A program made the position numbers and the translations under genes. This document shows, piece after piece, positions 1 to 9,249 of a stretch of 32,000 bases of DNA (positions are counted from its first letter, which is position 1; each line of letters begins with the position of its first letter). The DNA is from Candidatus Electrothrix sp. GW3-4 (lineage in GTDB: Bacteria > Desulfobacterota > Desulfobulbia > Desulfobulbales > Desulfobulbaceae), in assembly GCF_037902255.1 (NCBI RefSeq), contig NZ_CP147990.1:2100001-2132000 (forward strand), given 5' to 3'. A model generated the notes under the pieces. It saw only the letters and a program-made list of their open reading frames with translations, ran no database searches and was not told where the DNA came from.

Positions 1-1056
1 CATCCCAGTACCCACGGCGTGCTCAGGGTTGTTGCTCGGCTGAGCGGCGAAACCGTTGTTGAAGTGGTACCCCACCTCGGCTATATCCATCGTGGCATAG
101 AGAAGATGGCCGAGAACCAGACCTATATCCAAAACATCCATCTTACAGATCGCCTCGACTACCTTTCTGCCTTTTCCAACAATCTTTGCTTTTGCTTGGC
201 TGTTGAAAAGGCTATGGATATCGGAGTCCCCGAGCGTGGTGAATACCTTCGGGTTATGATCTGTGAGCTCCAAAGAATCCAGTCGCATCTCCTCTGGTGG
301 GGTGTTATGGGGATGGATCTTGGTGGTTTTACTCCATTCCTCTATGGCTTCAGAGAACGCGAAATGATCACGGATATCTTTGAGGAAATATGCGGAGCCC
401 GCCTTACCATGAACTTTTTCCGTCCCGGTGGCTCTTCCTTTGATGCTCCAGACACCTTTCTTCCGCGAGTGAAAAATGTCATCAAGGTCATGCATAAGGC
501 CCTTGCTGAATATAACACCCTGCTCAGTGACAATATTATTTTCCAGGAGAGGACCCGAGGTGTAGGTATCCTGTCCAGGGAAGCTGCACTGGCCTATGGC
601 TGTTCAGGAGCGGTCCTTCGAGCTTCCGGGGTCTCTTATGATGTACGGAAAGATGACCCGTACTCTATTTATGACCAGTTTGATTTTGCTATTCCGACAA
701 GCACAGAGGGTGACTGTCTTGCCCGCTATCAGCTTAAAATGGAAGAGATGGCCCAATCCTTACGGATTTTAGAACAGGCTGTGGAGAAATTCCCGAAAGG
801 ACCGTACCGTAGCCAGCCAAAGGCAACGTATAAACCACCTAAAGGCAGTTACTATAGTCAGGTTGAAACCCCAAGAGGTCTCTTGGGAACCTATATTGTC
901 TCCGAAGGCGGCCCAAAACCCTATCGGGTGAAATACCGTTCGCCAAATTTTTCCAACCTCAGCGCCCTGAACCATGCTGCACAAGGACTTAAGGTAGCTG
1001 ACTTGGTAACAATTATGTCCAGTATGGATATTGTTATTCCAGATATGGACAAGTAG
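1..1056 (+). CDS. nuoD: NADH-quinone oxidoreductase subunit D (49-kDa subunit), 5'-truncated by window edge
   Basis: Frame 1 is open from base 1 (HPSTHGVLRVV...). It carries NuoD hallmarks (GYIHRGIEK, RLDY, ETPRGLLG, YRSPNFSNL). It lacks the C-terminal DPCxxC of NiFe hydrogenases. nuoH follows directly. Confidence 0.9.
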   Translation, partial: HPSTHGVLRVVARLSGETVVEVVPHLGYIHRGIEKMAENQTYIQNIHLTDRLDYLSAFSNNLCFCLAVEKAMDIGVPERGEYLRVMICELQRIQSHLLWWGVMGMDLGGFTPFLYGFREREMITDIFEEICGARLTMNFFRPGGSSFDAPDTFLPRVKNVIKVMHKALAEYNTLLSDNIIFQERTRGVGILSREAALAYGCSGAVLRASGVSYDVRKDDPYSIYDQFDFAIPTSTEGDCLARYQLKMEEMAQSLRILEQAVEKFPKGPYRSQPKATYKPPKGSYYSQVETPRGLLGTYIVSEGGPKPYRVKYRSPNFSNLSALNHAAQGLKVADLVTIMSSMDIVIPDMDK

Positions 1057-1074
1057 AGAGCAAAAGAAAGAGAA

Positions 1075-2169
1075 ATGAACATGTCAGCAGCAGCAACACT
1101 GTATCCGCTCCAAAACGGTATCGGCAATATGGTGCGTAACCTCTTCCCGGAAAGCGCCTCTCTTATCAATCCCGTTCTGGGCGTGATTGCCTTGGTGATC
1201 CTGGTCTCCAGCTTGGCTGGCCTCCTCATCCTGTTGGAACGTAAGGTTTCGGCCCATTTCCAGGTCAGGCTTGGTCCCATGCGAGTAGGTTATCATGGCA
1301 TTCTTCAGCCCTTGGCTGACGGAATCAAACTGGTCTTCAAAGAGTTCCTGAAACCAAGGGGGGCAGATTCCTTTATTTTTTACCTTGCCCCAATGCTTCC
1401 CTTGAGCGCTACCTTCCTGCTCATGGCAATCTTGCCCTTTGACCACCACCTGCAACTGGTAGATCCGGCAGGAGGCGTTCTTTATGTACTGGGGATTTCC
1501 GGCCTGACCGTGCTGGGTATTCTGTTAGCAGGCTGGGCATCGAATAACAAATTCTCCCTTCTCGGGGCCATGCGCTCAGGAGCCCAGATGATCTCCTTTG
1601 AGATCTCCATGGCCCTGATTATGCTACTCATAGTCATGGTTTCTGGAACAGCCTCCTTACGTGAAATTGTCCTTTCTCAACAAGGCCTGATTTTTGATTG
1701 GTGGATTTTCAAACTGCCTTTTCTCGGTATCCTCTCCTTCTTCATGTATCTGATCGTCTCCACTGCTGAACTCAACCGAACGCCCTTTGACCTTGCCGAG
1801 GCTGAATCTGAATTGACAGCAGGATATCATACCGAGTATTCCGGCATGGGTTTTGCTATGTTCTTCTTTGCCGAGTTCGTCAATATGTTTGTTTCGGCAG
1901 GATTGGCAACAACCTTTTTCCTTGGCGGTTTTCATCCCCCTCTTATCGGCATTCCCCTTATTGATGGGCTGCTTAATGCCATACCGGGATTTATCTGGTT
2001 CTTCGGGAAAACATTTTTTATTGTCTTCGTCTATATGTGGTTCCGTTGGACCTTTCCCCGGGTCAGGATTGATCAGCTGATGTCGCTGGAGTGGAAGGTG
2101 ATGCTCCCTGCTAACCTGCTTCTGCTCATGATGGGGGCTGTTTTTATGGTGCTGGGGTGGGCTGGATAA
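1075..2169 (+). CDS. nuoH: NADH-quinone oxidoreductase subunit H
   Basis: 364-aa polytopic membrane protein with NuoH/ND1-like motifs (RKVSAHFQVRLGPMRVG, GWASNNKFSLLGAMR, ELNRTPFDLAEAESEL). Position in the operon agrees. Confidence 0.93.
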   Translation: MNMSAAATLYPLQNGIGNMVRNLFPESASLINPVLGVIALVILVSSLAGLLILLERKVSAHFQVRLGPMRVGYHGILQPLADGIKLVFKEFLKPRGADSFIFYLAPMLPLSATFLLMAILPFDHHLQLVDPAGGVLYVLGISGLTVLGILLAGWASNNKFSLLGAMRSGAQMISFEISMALIMLLIVMVSGTASLREIVLSQQGLIFDWWIFKLPFLGILSFFMYLIVSTAELNRTPFDLAEAESELTAGYHTEYSGMGFAMFFFAEFVNMFVSAGLATTFFLGGFHPPLIGIPLIDGLLNAIPGFIWFFGKTFFIVFVYMWFRWTFPRVRIDQLMSLEWKVMLPANLLLLMMGAVFMVLGWAG

Positions 2170-2225
2170 TTTACTGTACACCGACATCAATTCAGTGAGC
2201 CTATAAACTGTATCTATCAAGAACT

Positions 2226-2720
2226 ATGAAAGAAACCTCCCCTAAAGAAAGCCTGCTGGAATACGGCAGCCGCTACCTGCGTAAAGTTGTTACCGGGTTC
2301 TATTCGCTGATCCAGGGAATGGATATCACCCTTAAATATTTTATTAACCCCAAGACCGTCATTACGCAGCAGTACCCGGAAAACCGGGATACCCTGGAGA
2401 TGTTCGATCGTTTTCGTGGCCCGCTCTCCATGCCCCATAACCAAGACGGCGAAAACGCCTGCACCGCTTGTGGGATATGTGAAAAGGCCTGTCCCAATGG
2501 CACAATCTCCGTCCTCTCGACAAAGGATATCAGCGGCCGCAAGGTTCTTGGGAAATATATTTACCGCGTCTCGCAATGTACCTTTTGTGGACTTTGTGTA
2601 GAAGCTTGTCCCTTTGGTGCTCTTGCCATGTCAAACGATTTTGAACTGAGTGTGTACGACCGAAATGAACTCACTTGGGTGCTCAATAAGCCCCAAGCTA
2701 CATCACAGGGAGAATGCTGA
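2226..2720 (+). CDS. nuoI: NADH-quinone oxidoreductase subunit I (2x[4Fe-4S])
   Basis: Two ferredoxin-type motifs, CTACGICEKACP and CTFCGLCVEACP. Size and operon position agree. Confidence 0.92.
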   Translation: MKETSPKESLLEYGSRYLRKVVTGFYSLIQGMDITLKYFINPKTVITQQYPENRDTLEMFDRFRGPLSMPHNQDGENACTACGICEKACPNGTISVLSTKDISGRKVLGKYIYRVSQCTFCGLCVEACPFGALAMSNDFELSVYDRNELTWVLNKPQATSQGEC

Positions 2721-3250
2721 TGAGTGATATTCTCTTTTATATACTGGCAGCAATTCTCGTCACGCTATCATGCTTTGCCGTGAGCCTGCCCAATCTTTTG
2801 CATAGCGCTATAGCATTAATTGGTTCCTTCCTTATTACAGCAGCTCTCTACATCATGCTCCAGATCGAGTTACTCGCTTTGGCACAAATTATGCTTTACA
2901 TCGGCGGAATTGTCGTTTTCATGCTGTTGATCATTCTCCTGACCACAGGACTTGGATCTGAGGATGAGCTCAGCAAGGTGAGCATAGGCTCATGGCTCCG
3001 CAAAGGCCTGTTAACTGGCGCACTGTTTACTGGCCTGCTGTATTTCTTCACAGAAAACAGCTCTCGGCTCCTGGAGAGCTCCTCGGCAAAAGCAGGCTCA
3101 GTGACTATTGACCAGATCGGTATCCGTCTGCTTTCAACCAACAACGGTTTCATCGTCCCCTTTGAGGTGGTCTCCTTGCTGCTGCTTGCTGCCTTGGTTG
3201 GTGCGGTGCTCATTGCCCGCAAAGATGCTGACAAGGAGGATCAATCATGA
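2714..3250 (+). CDS. nuoJ: NADH-quinone oxidoreductase subunit J
   Basis: 178-aa hydrophobic protein. Its start overlaps the nuoI stop. Position between nuoI and nuoK agrees. Confidence 0.85.
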   Translation: MLMSDILFYILAAILVTLSCFAVSLPNLLHSAIALIGSFLITAALYIMLQIELLALAQIMLYIGGIVVFMLLIILLTTGLGSEDELSKVSIGSWLRKGLLTGALFTGLLYFFTENSSRLLESSSAKAGSVTIDQIGIRLLSTNNGFIVPFEVVSLLLLAALVGAVLIARKDADKEDQS

Positions 3251-3552
3251 CCCTTTCCCATTGCATAACTCTTTCATTAATCCTCTGCGGAATAGGCTTA
3301 TTCGGCATGCTGACCCGGCGGAACCTGCTGGGAATCATGCTCTCAGTAGAGATTATTCTCAACGGGGCCAATATCAATTTTGCCGCATTTGCCCATTTTA
3401 AGGCGACAGACCCGGTTGCTGGCGCTATTTTCCCGATCTTTGTCATGGCGGTCTCTGCCTGTGAAATTGCAGTAGCCCTGGCAATTATCCTTTCCATGTA
3501 CCGCCGTAAAAAAAGACTTGATGTGTATCGGCTGGAGGAACTCAATGGCTGA
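3247..3552 (+). CDS. nuoK: NADH-quinone oxidoreductase subunit K
   Basis: 101 aa with three TM segments and a NuoK/ND4L-like sequence (LSVEIILNGANINF, ACEIAVALAIIL). ATGA overlap with the nuoJ stop. Confidence 0.9.
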   Translation: MTLSHCITLSLILCGIGLFGMLTRRNLLGIMLSVEIILNGANINFAAFAHFKATDPVAGAIFPIFVMAVSACEIAVALAIILSMYRRKKRLDVYRLEELNG

Positions 3553-5500
3553 TTGTATTTTTTCCCACAGTTACCTGATCCTGCTCTGTCCGCTGCTCAG
3601 CTTTATCCTGATAGGACTGAAGTTTCTTCGCTCGGACAATATGTTTGTCGGCAAGTTTGCCATCACCCTGTCCGCCATTTCCTGCGGCTACGCCCTGCTC
3701 ACTGCCTTGACCTATTTCGTTGCAGTCATGGGGCATGGGCACAGCTTGCCCTACCCCGAGAAAATAGCCTTGGATGGTGCCTGGCTCAACTTCTCACCGA
3801 CCCTGACTGCAAATATGGGCATCTACCTTGATCCAATCTCAGTGATGATGCTGGTGGTGGTCACGGTGATCTCGTTCCTGGTCAATATTTACTCTGTCGG
3901 GTACATGAAGGGTGATTCGAGCTTTAATCGCTTCTTTGCTCTGCTGGCCCTATTTTCCTTTTCCATGCTTGGCCTGGTGGTTTCCAGTAATATTCTCCAG
4001 ATGTTTGTCTTCTGGGAACTGGTTGGTGTCTCTTCGTACGCGCTGATTGGCTTCTGGTACGAAAAGCCCTCTGCTGTGGCTGCCTCAAAAAAAGCCTTTA
4101 TCATGACCCGATTTGCCGATGCCTTTTTTCTCTTGGGCATTCTGCTGGTCAGCTTCCAAGCAGAGAGCTTCAGTTTCCAGACCCTGAATAGCCCAGAGAC
4201 AGCAGCCCTGCTCAATACGAACTTTCTCTTTGCAGGTCTGTCCATGAATCTCCTGACCCTGGCTACCCTGCTGATTTTCTGCGGTGGCTGGGGAAAATCA
4301 GCCATGTTTCCCCTCCATGTCTGGCTGCCTGATGCTATGGAAGGACCGACGCCGGTTTCCTCTATCATTCACTCCGCGACCATGGTTGTGGCCGGGGTCT
4401 ACCTGACCGCGCGCATGTTCCCGCTCTTTGCTGCCTCTGAAAGTACCCTGTTCATCATTCAGTGTATCGGTGCCTTTACGGCCCTCTTTGCAGCGGTTAT
4501 TGCGATTACTCAGATGGATATTAAGCGTATCCTGGCCTTCTCTACCCTCTCGCAGCTCGGATACATGATCTTTTCCCTGGGGGCGGCTAAAGTTTGCGCT
4601 GAAGGTGGTCATCACGAGTCCTCAGTCAACCTGCTAGGCTACTCTGCGGCCATGTATCATGTTTTTACCCATGCCTTTTTTAAATGCATGCTCTTTCTCG
4701 GTGCTGGCGCCATCATTCATGCTGTCCACAGCAACGATATCATGAAGATGGGCGGTCTGAAATCACTGATGCCCAAGACCTACTGGTCATTATTGTTTGC
4801 CTGTCTGGCCATTGCCGGGGTGTTCCCGTTCAGTGGGTTTTGGTCCAAGGATGCCATCCTGTTGTCTGCCCTCCAATCCGGTCACTACATCACCTTTCTT
4901 GTCGGCTTAGTGACCGGTGGCCTGACCGCCTTTTACATGTTCCGATTTTTCTTCCTGATTTTTCATGGCGAGGCTCGCTCCGAGCTCCATGAGGTTCATG
5001 AAGATCCCTGGATGACCTGGCCGATCATGATTTTGACCATACCAACCATTTTTGCTGGCCTGTTGGAGCATTTCTTTGTTGCCAACGTTGTCCCACCCCA
5101 GCTCGAAGAAGTGGTTCATTTTACCCACCCAGGCTGGTTACCTTGGCTAGCCACCTTAGCCGCTACCCTTGGTATCGGAGGGGCATGGTTATTCTACAAA
5201 AACGGAAAAACTGAGGCTGCTGCCCGCCTGAAGAGCATCTTCGGACCTGTGTACATAGTGGTTTATAATAAATTTTACATGGATGAAGTATGGCTTTTCA
5301 TCACCCATCGAATCATCTTTGCCTACATCGCAGCCCCGATCAAGTGGTTTGACCGCCATATCGTTGACGGCAGCATGAACCTCACCGGTTGGCTCTTACA
5401 GGTCGGTGGCAAAGGCGTACGGCTTGCTCAGTCCGGACAATTACAGTTCTATCTTGGCGCCACAGTCATCGGATTTATTGTGCTGCTCTTCCTCGGCTAG
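3545..5500 (+). CDS. nuoL: NADH-quinone oxidoreductase subunit L
   Basis: Large antiporter-like subunit (WELVGVSSYALIGFW, MFPLHVWLPDAMEGPTPVS). I prefer the ATG at 3545, which overlaps the nuoK stop (MADCIF...). The track ORF opens at 3518. Confidence 0.9.
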   Translation: MADCIFSHSYLILLCPLLSFILIGLKFLRSDNMFVGKFAITLSAISCGYALLTALTYFVAVMGHGHSLPYPEKIALDGAWLNFSPTLTANMGIYLDPISVMMLVVVTVISFLVNIYSVGYMKGDSSFNRFFALLALFSFSMLGLVVSSNILQMFVFWELVGVSSYALIGFWYEKPSAVAASKKAFIMTRFADAFFLLGILLVSFQAESFSFQTLNSPETAALLNTNFLFAGLSMNLLTLATLLIFCGGWGKSAMFPLHVWLPDAMEGPTPVSSIIHSATMVVAGVYLTARMFPLFAASESTLFIIQCIGAFTALFAAVIAITQMDIKRILAFSTLSQLGYMIFSLGAAKVCAEGGHHESSVNLLGYSAAMYHVFTHAFFKCMLFLGAGAIIHAVHSNDIMKMGGLKSLMPKTYWSLLFACLAIAGVFPFSGFWSKDAILLSALQSGHYITFLVGLVTGGLTAFYMFRFFFLIFHGEARSELHEVHEDPWMTWPIMILTIPTIFAGLLEHFFVANVVPPQLEEVVHFTHPGWLPWLATLAATLGIGGAWLFYKNGKTEAAARLKSIFGPVYIVVYNKFYMDEVWLFITHRIIFAYIAAPIKWFDRHIVDGSMNLTGWLLQVGGKGVRLAQSGQLQFYLGATVIGFIVLLFLG

Positions 5501-5626
5501 ACGATGATACATGGTATTTTGCATGCATACGAGGGACAACTCTCTCTGAAAGCAGACAACTTAAGGATTAATCAGAAAAATGAACACACTCAGCCGCAAC
5601 GGCGAAAACAGTAACGGAGTACATAT

Positions 5627-7138
5627 ATGAACGGACCATTTCTGCTTACTCTGATCTGGGTCGTGCCCTTTCTTACCGCCTTGGCCTGCCTGCCGATCCG
5701 AACTGATGATCATCGGAGCATTAAAGTCATTTCTTTGCTCGGGAACCTGATCAACCTTCTCTTTGTCATTGTCCTGACCTTGAAGTTTATCGGCGTGTCA
5801 GCGGCCAATCCAGTTGCGGACGGCGCAGCAGCTAGCCTCTTCCACTTTACCTATAAGGTCGGCTGGTTCAAGATGATGAACATTGAGTACAACATCGGGG
5901 TCGATGCCATCTCTGTCCTCATGATGCTGCTCACAGCCATTGTCATCTTCTGCGGGGTGCTGGCCAGCTGGAATGTCAAAACCCAGGCCAAGGAGTTTTT
6001 TATCCTTCTCAATGTCTTGGTGGCTGGGGTCTACGGGGTCTTTGTCTCCATTGACCTCTTTACCTTCTTTCTCTTTTACGAGATTGCAGTGCTGCCCATG
6101 TACCTCCTCATCGGTCTCTGGGGGACGGGCAAGAAAGAGTACGCATCCATGAAGCTGACCCTGATGCTGGTGGCTGGTTCTGCCTTTATCCTGGCCGGAA
6201 TCCTGGCCCTGTACTTTGAATCCGGGCTGAACAGCTTTGACCTGCAGATACTTTCTCAGCACCATTTTCCTGCTGCCTTTCAACACTGGGTCTTCCCGAT
6301 TATCTTCCTGGGCTTCGGGGTGCTGGGCGCGATCTTTCCCTTCCACACCTGGTCACCGGACGGTCATGCCTCGGCACCTACAGCGGTCTCCATGCTCCAT
6401 GCCGGGGTCCTGATGAAACTGGGTGGCTATGGCTGTCTCCGGGTAGGGATGTACCTCCTTCCTGAAGGGGCGCAGATGTGGATGGATGTTTTCCTGATTC
6501 TGGTCACCATCAATGTCCTCTACGGTGCCTTTGGTGCCATTCGGCAAACTGATTTAAAATACATTACAGCCTACTCTTCAGTCTCGCACTGTGGTTTAGT
6601 CCTGTTCGGCTTCACCGCCCTGACCTTTACTGGTATCAAGGGTGGCGTCCTGCAGATGATCTCTCACGGCCTGATGACAGCCCTGTTTTTCTGCCTCATC
6701 GGTATGATCTACGGCAGAACCCATACCCGAACGGTCAGCGATATGGGCGGTCTGATGAAGATCATGCCCTTCCTCTCTGTGGCCTATGTGATTGTGGGTC
6801 TGGCCGGACTCGGCCTGCCCGGACTCTCTGGTTTTGTGGCGGAGGCCAATGTCTTTGTCGGCTCCTTCAGTAACCCGGATACCCTGAATAGGATCTGTAC
6901 GGTACTGGCTGTGCTCTCCATTGTTGTGACAGCAGTTTATGTCCTGCGAGCAGTCAATGGTCTGGTGAATGGACCTGTCAAAGAACAGTTCGCCACCCTG
7001 ACGGATGCATCCTTGCTGGAAAAAGTACCCGTAACCATCCTCCTCATCTGCCTCTTTGGCATGGGTATCCTGCCTGGTTGGATTATCGAGCTGGTCAACA
7101 ATGCTGTTCATCCCATTTACAATAACCTGATGCGATAA
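5627..7138 (+). CDS. nuoM: NADH-quinone oxidoreductase subunit M
   Basis: 503-aa antiporter-like subunit (FFLFYEIAVLPMYLLIGLWG, PFHTWSPDGHASAPTAVSMLHAG). GGAG lies 8 nt upstream of the ATG. Confidence 0.92.
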   Translation: MNGPFLLTLIWVVPFLTALACLPIRTDDHRSIKVISLLGNLINLLFVIVLTLKFIGVSAANPVADGAAASLFHFTYKVGWFKMMNIEYNIGVDAISVLMMLLTAIVIFCGVLASWNVKTQAKEFFILLNVLVAGVYGVFVSIDLFTFFLFYEIAVLPMYLLIGLWGTGKKEYASMKLTLMLVAGSAFILAGILALYFESGLNSFDLQILSQHHFPAAFQHWVFPIIFLGFGVLGAIFPFHTWSPDGHASAPTAVSMLHAGVLMKLGGYGCLRVGMYLLPEGAQMWMDVFLILVTINVLYGAFGAIRQTDLKYITAYSSVSHCGLVLFGFTALTFTGIKGGVLQMISHGLMTALFFCLIGMIYGRTHTRTVSDMGGLMKIMPFLSVAYVIVGLAGLGLPGLSGFVAEANVFVGSFSNPDTLNRICTVLAVLSIVVTAVYVLRAVNGLVNGPVKEQFATLTDASLLEKVPVTILLICLFGMGILPGWIIELVNNAVHPIYNNLMR

Positions 7139-7147
7139 AAAACTCCG

Positions 7148-8575
7148 ATGACACTCCTGCTGCCTGATATTCTTCTTGTTGTCCTTGCTGCCCTGGTCAT
7201 GGGCTATGACCTGTACAAGGGAAAAGACGATCTCGTCTCTCCCCTGCCCTTTCATCTTTCCTGGGTAGGTTTATGTGCTATTTTTCTCCTGTTGCTCTTT
7301 CTGCCGTATGACCAGACCGTTCTCTATCCGGGCGGCTATCAGGTCAGCGGCACCGCACTCCTCTTCAAGCAGGTCTTTGTTCTGTCCTCTCTTTTTGCTG
7401 TCCTGCTTTCTCGTCCTTATTTTACGCCAGGAGGCAACGACAGAGGGGTTATGAAATACCAGAGCGAGTTTTTCTTTATCCTCCTGCTCTGTACCTTTGG
7501 TATGTTCACGGTGGTTTCAGCCACGGACCTGTTGACCCTGTTCATTGGTATGGAATTAGCCACCATCCCCCTCTATATTTTGAGTGCCTTTTACAAAAAG
7601 GATGATCTGTCTGTCGAGGCCTCCACCAAGTACATTATTATGGGATCGGCCTCAACAGGTCTACTCCTGTTTGGTTACTCCTTTTTCTATGGAGCTGCTG
7701 GTTCCCTGACCTTTGAGGCCTTGGCTCAGGCCTGTACCGCAAACCCACAGGACTCCCTGCTTCGCCTTGGTATGCTCTTTACCTTTGCAGCCATTGGCTT
7801 TAAGCTGACCTTGTTCCCCTTCCATATGTGGGCACCGGATGTCTACGACGGCGCGCCCAGCCCGGTAACCGCCTTTATTTCGGTTTCCTCCAAGGCCGTG
7901 GCCATCGCCTTTCTCCTGATTCTGGTGTACGGTCCGCTGGCCCCTATGCACAGCTCCTTGCAGCCGATTATCCTGATCCTGGCAGCGGCAACCATGACGG
8001 CTGGCAACCTCGGTGCATTGAAACAAAACAGACTACGGCGCTTCATGGCCTACTCTTCTATTGCCCAGGCCGGTTACATCATTATGGCCCTGCTTGGTGA
8101 TGCAGGCACTGCACGTTCCTCCATCATCTTTTACCTCTTTGTCTATGCGGCAGGCAACTATGCCGTCTTCTTTATCATGTCTATTATCGGTCGCAATGGG
8201 GAAGAAAACCGCAGTGGGCTGCAAGGTCTGGGAAAAAGCAATCCTCTGCTGGGCGCTATCCTGATGCTCAGTGCCTTTTCTCTGGCAGGTATTCCGCCAC
8301 TGGCGGGCTTTATGGGAAAATTCTTCCTGTTTGCTTCAGCAGCACAGAAGGGGTATTATTTCATGGTGATTTTTGCGGCCCTGAACTCGACTATTTCGCT
8401 CTACTATTACCTGCTGCTCGTGAAAGATGCCTATATTATTCAGCCCGCAGGAGAAACGCCTGCATTCGTTCCCGATGGAATACAGAAGGTCAGTCTCTTT
8501 GTACTGACGGCTATCATGCTGCTGGCTGGGCTCTTTCCTGCTCTGAGCAGCAATATCCTGGCCGTGGCAGGATAA
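7148..8575 (+). CDS. nuoN: NADH-quinone oxidoreductase subunit N
   Basis: 475-aa antiporter-like subunit (LFPFHMWAPDVYDGAPSPVTAF, YSSIAQAGY). Last gene of the operon, followed by a terminator. Confidence 0.9.
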   Translation: MTLLLPDILLVVLAALVMGYDLYKGKDDLVSPLPFHLSWVGLCAIFLLLLFLPYDQTVLYPGGYQVSGTALLFKQVFVLSSLFAVLLSRPYFTPGGNDRGVMKYQSEFFFILLLCTFGMFTVVSATDLLTLFIGMELATIPLYILSAFYKKDDLSVEASTKYIIMGSASTGLLLFGYSFFYGAAGSLTFEALAQACTANPQDSLLRLGMLFTFAAIGFKLTLFPFHMWAPDVYDGAPSPVTAFISVSSKAVAIAFLLILVYGPLAPMHSSLQPIILILAAATMTAGNLGALKQNRLRRFMAYSSIAQAGYIIMALLGDAGTARSSIIFYLFVYAAGNYAVFFIMSIIGRNGEENRSGLQGLGKSNPLLGAILMLSAFSLAGIPPLAGFMGKFFLFASAAQKGYYFMVIFAALNSTISLYYYLLLVKDAYIIQPAGETPAFVPDGIQKVSLFVLTAIMLLAGLFPALSSNILAVAG

Positions 8576-8644
8576 GGTAACCAGGCAGGGCCTAACTAAG
8601 CCAAGCCTCCTCGCTTGAGGATAGGGTAAAGAGGCAGTTTTGAT

Positions 8645-8672
8645 AAGGGTGTGGCTTTGCGCACCCTTTTTT
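8645..8672 (+). terminator. Rho-independent terminator of the nuo operon
   Basis: A 9-bp stem (AAGGGTGTG / CGCACCCTT, one G-U) with a 6-nt loop, running into T6 (8667-8672). It lies 70 nt after the nuoN stop. Confidence 0.7.
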
Positions 8673-8893
8673 CCCCTCAAGCGACATAATCGCTAACATC
8701 TGGACCACATTCCCAATACGAGCTCCCAATATTAGCGCAGGTACTCTACCCTGGTAGTCAGCAGGAAAAAACATGTTGCGATCCTAGAAGCAGGTCAGCT
8801 AGGCATTCCCCCCAGGGTCGGATCTATCCCATTATTCGCCAACTGGAGAAATTGAACGTACTCCCAGCAATGCTGAAGGCCAGGAAGCCCACA

Positions 8894-8914
8894 AGGATAG
8901 AGGATAGAGGATAG
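8894..8914. repeat. Perfect tandem heptamer (AGGATAG)x3 in non-coding DNA
   Basis: Read directly: aggatag aggatag aggatag, followed by a partial agata. Confidence 0.9.
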
Positions 8915-9249
8915 AGATAACGTGGCTACTTCTTTTGATCATTTCATCACCTTTGTCTAAATTGACGTTATGTTAACCATATAAGATACCTCCTCCTTTT
9001 TAGAAAGGAATATCATATCCTGTTTGAGTAGCAAAGGAAAAAAGTTTATCACCTTGTTTTTTCACACATTATTACTTATAGACTTAGGGCGCAGCTTTCT
9101 TACCCAATCTCTTGTAAAAAAATACTGTCCAGGGTATCTTCTCTAAGGTAGTTCAGGACAATTAGATGTCATGCAGACCTAACGCTGTTGACTAATGGCT
9201 GTTGACGCTCTGGTAATCAGGAGCAGAAGTAGAAAAGAGACGCAAAAAC

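Noticed and set aside
5580-5630. 16-codon ORF (MNTLSRNGENSNGVHI) in the nuoL-nuoM gap. Its TGA overlaps the nuoM ATG as ATGA.
   Set aside because: nuoM has its own well-placed GGAG. The mini-ORF has only a weak, distant AAGGA. Nothing supports it beyond the overlap, so it is probably chance.
8759-8775. Possible degenerate third copy of the conserved element (CAGCAGG-AAAAAACATG).
   Set aside because: It shares only the 7-mer and an 8-mer, with the GGGACAAC segment missing. There is no equivalent hairpin or downstream blocks, so the match is too short to separate from chance.
8832-8942. Minus-strand 36-codon ORF (MIKRSSHVISILYPLSLWASWPSALLGVRSISPVGE) with GGTGA upstream, spanning the AGGATAG x3 repeat. 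Also a 7-codon ORF after a strong AAAGGAGGAGG on the minus strand near 8965-8995.
   Set aside because: These would be the only minus-strand genes in 32 kb. They are very short, part of the first is encoded by a microsatellite, and there is no supporting signal. I cannot tell them from noise without conservation data.
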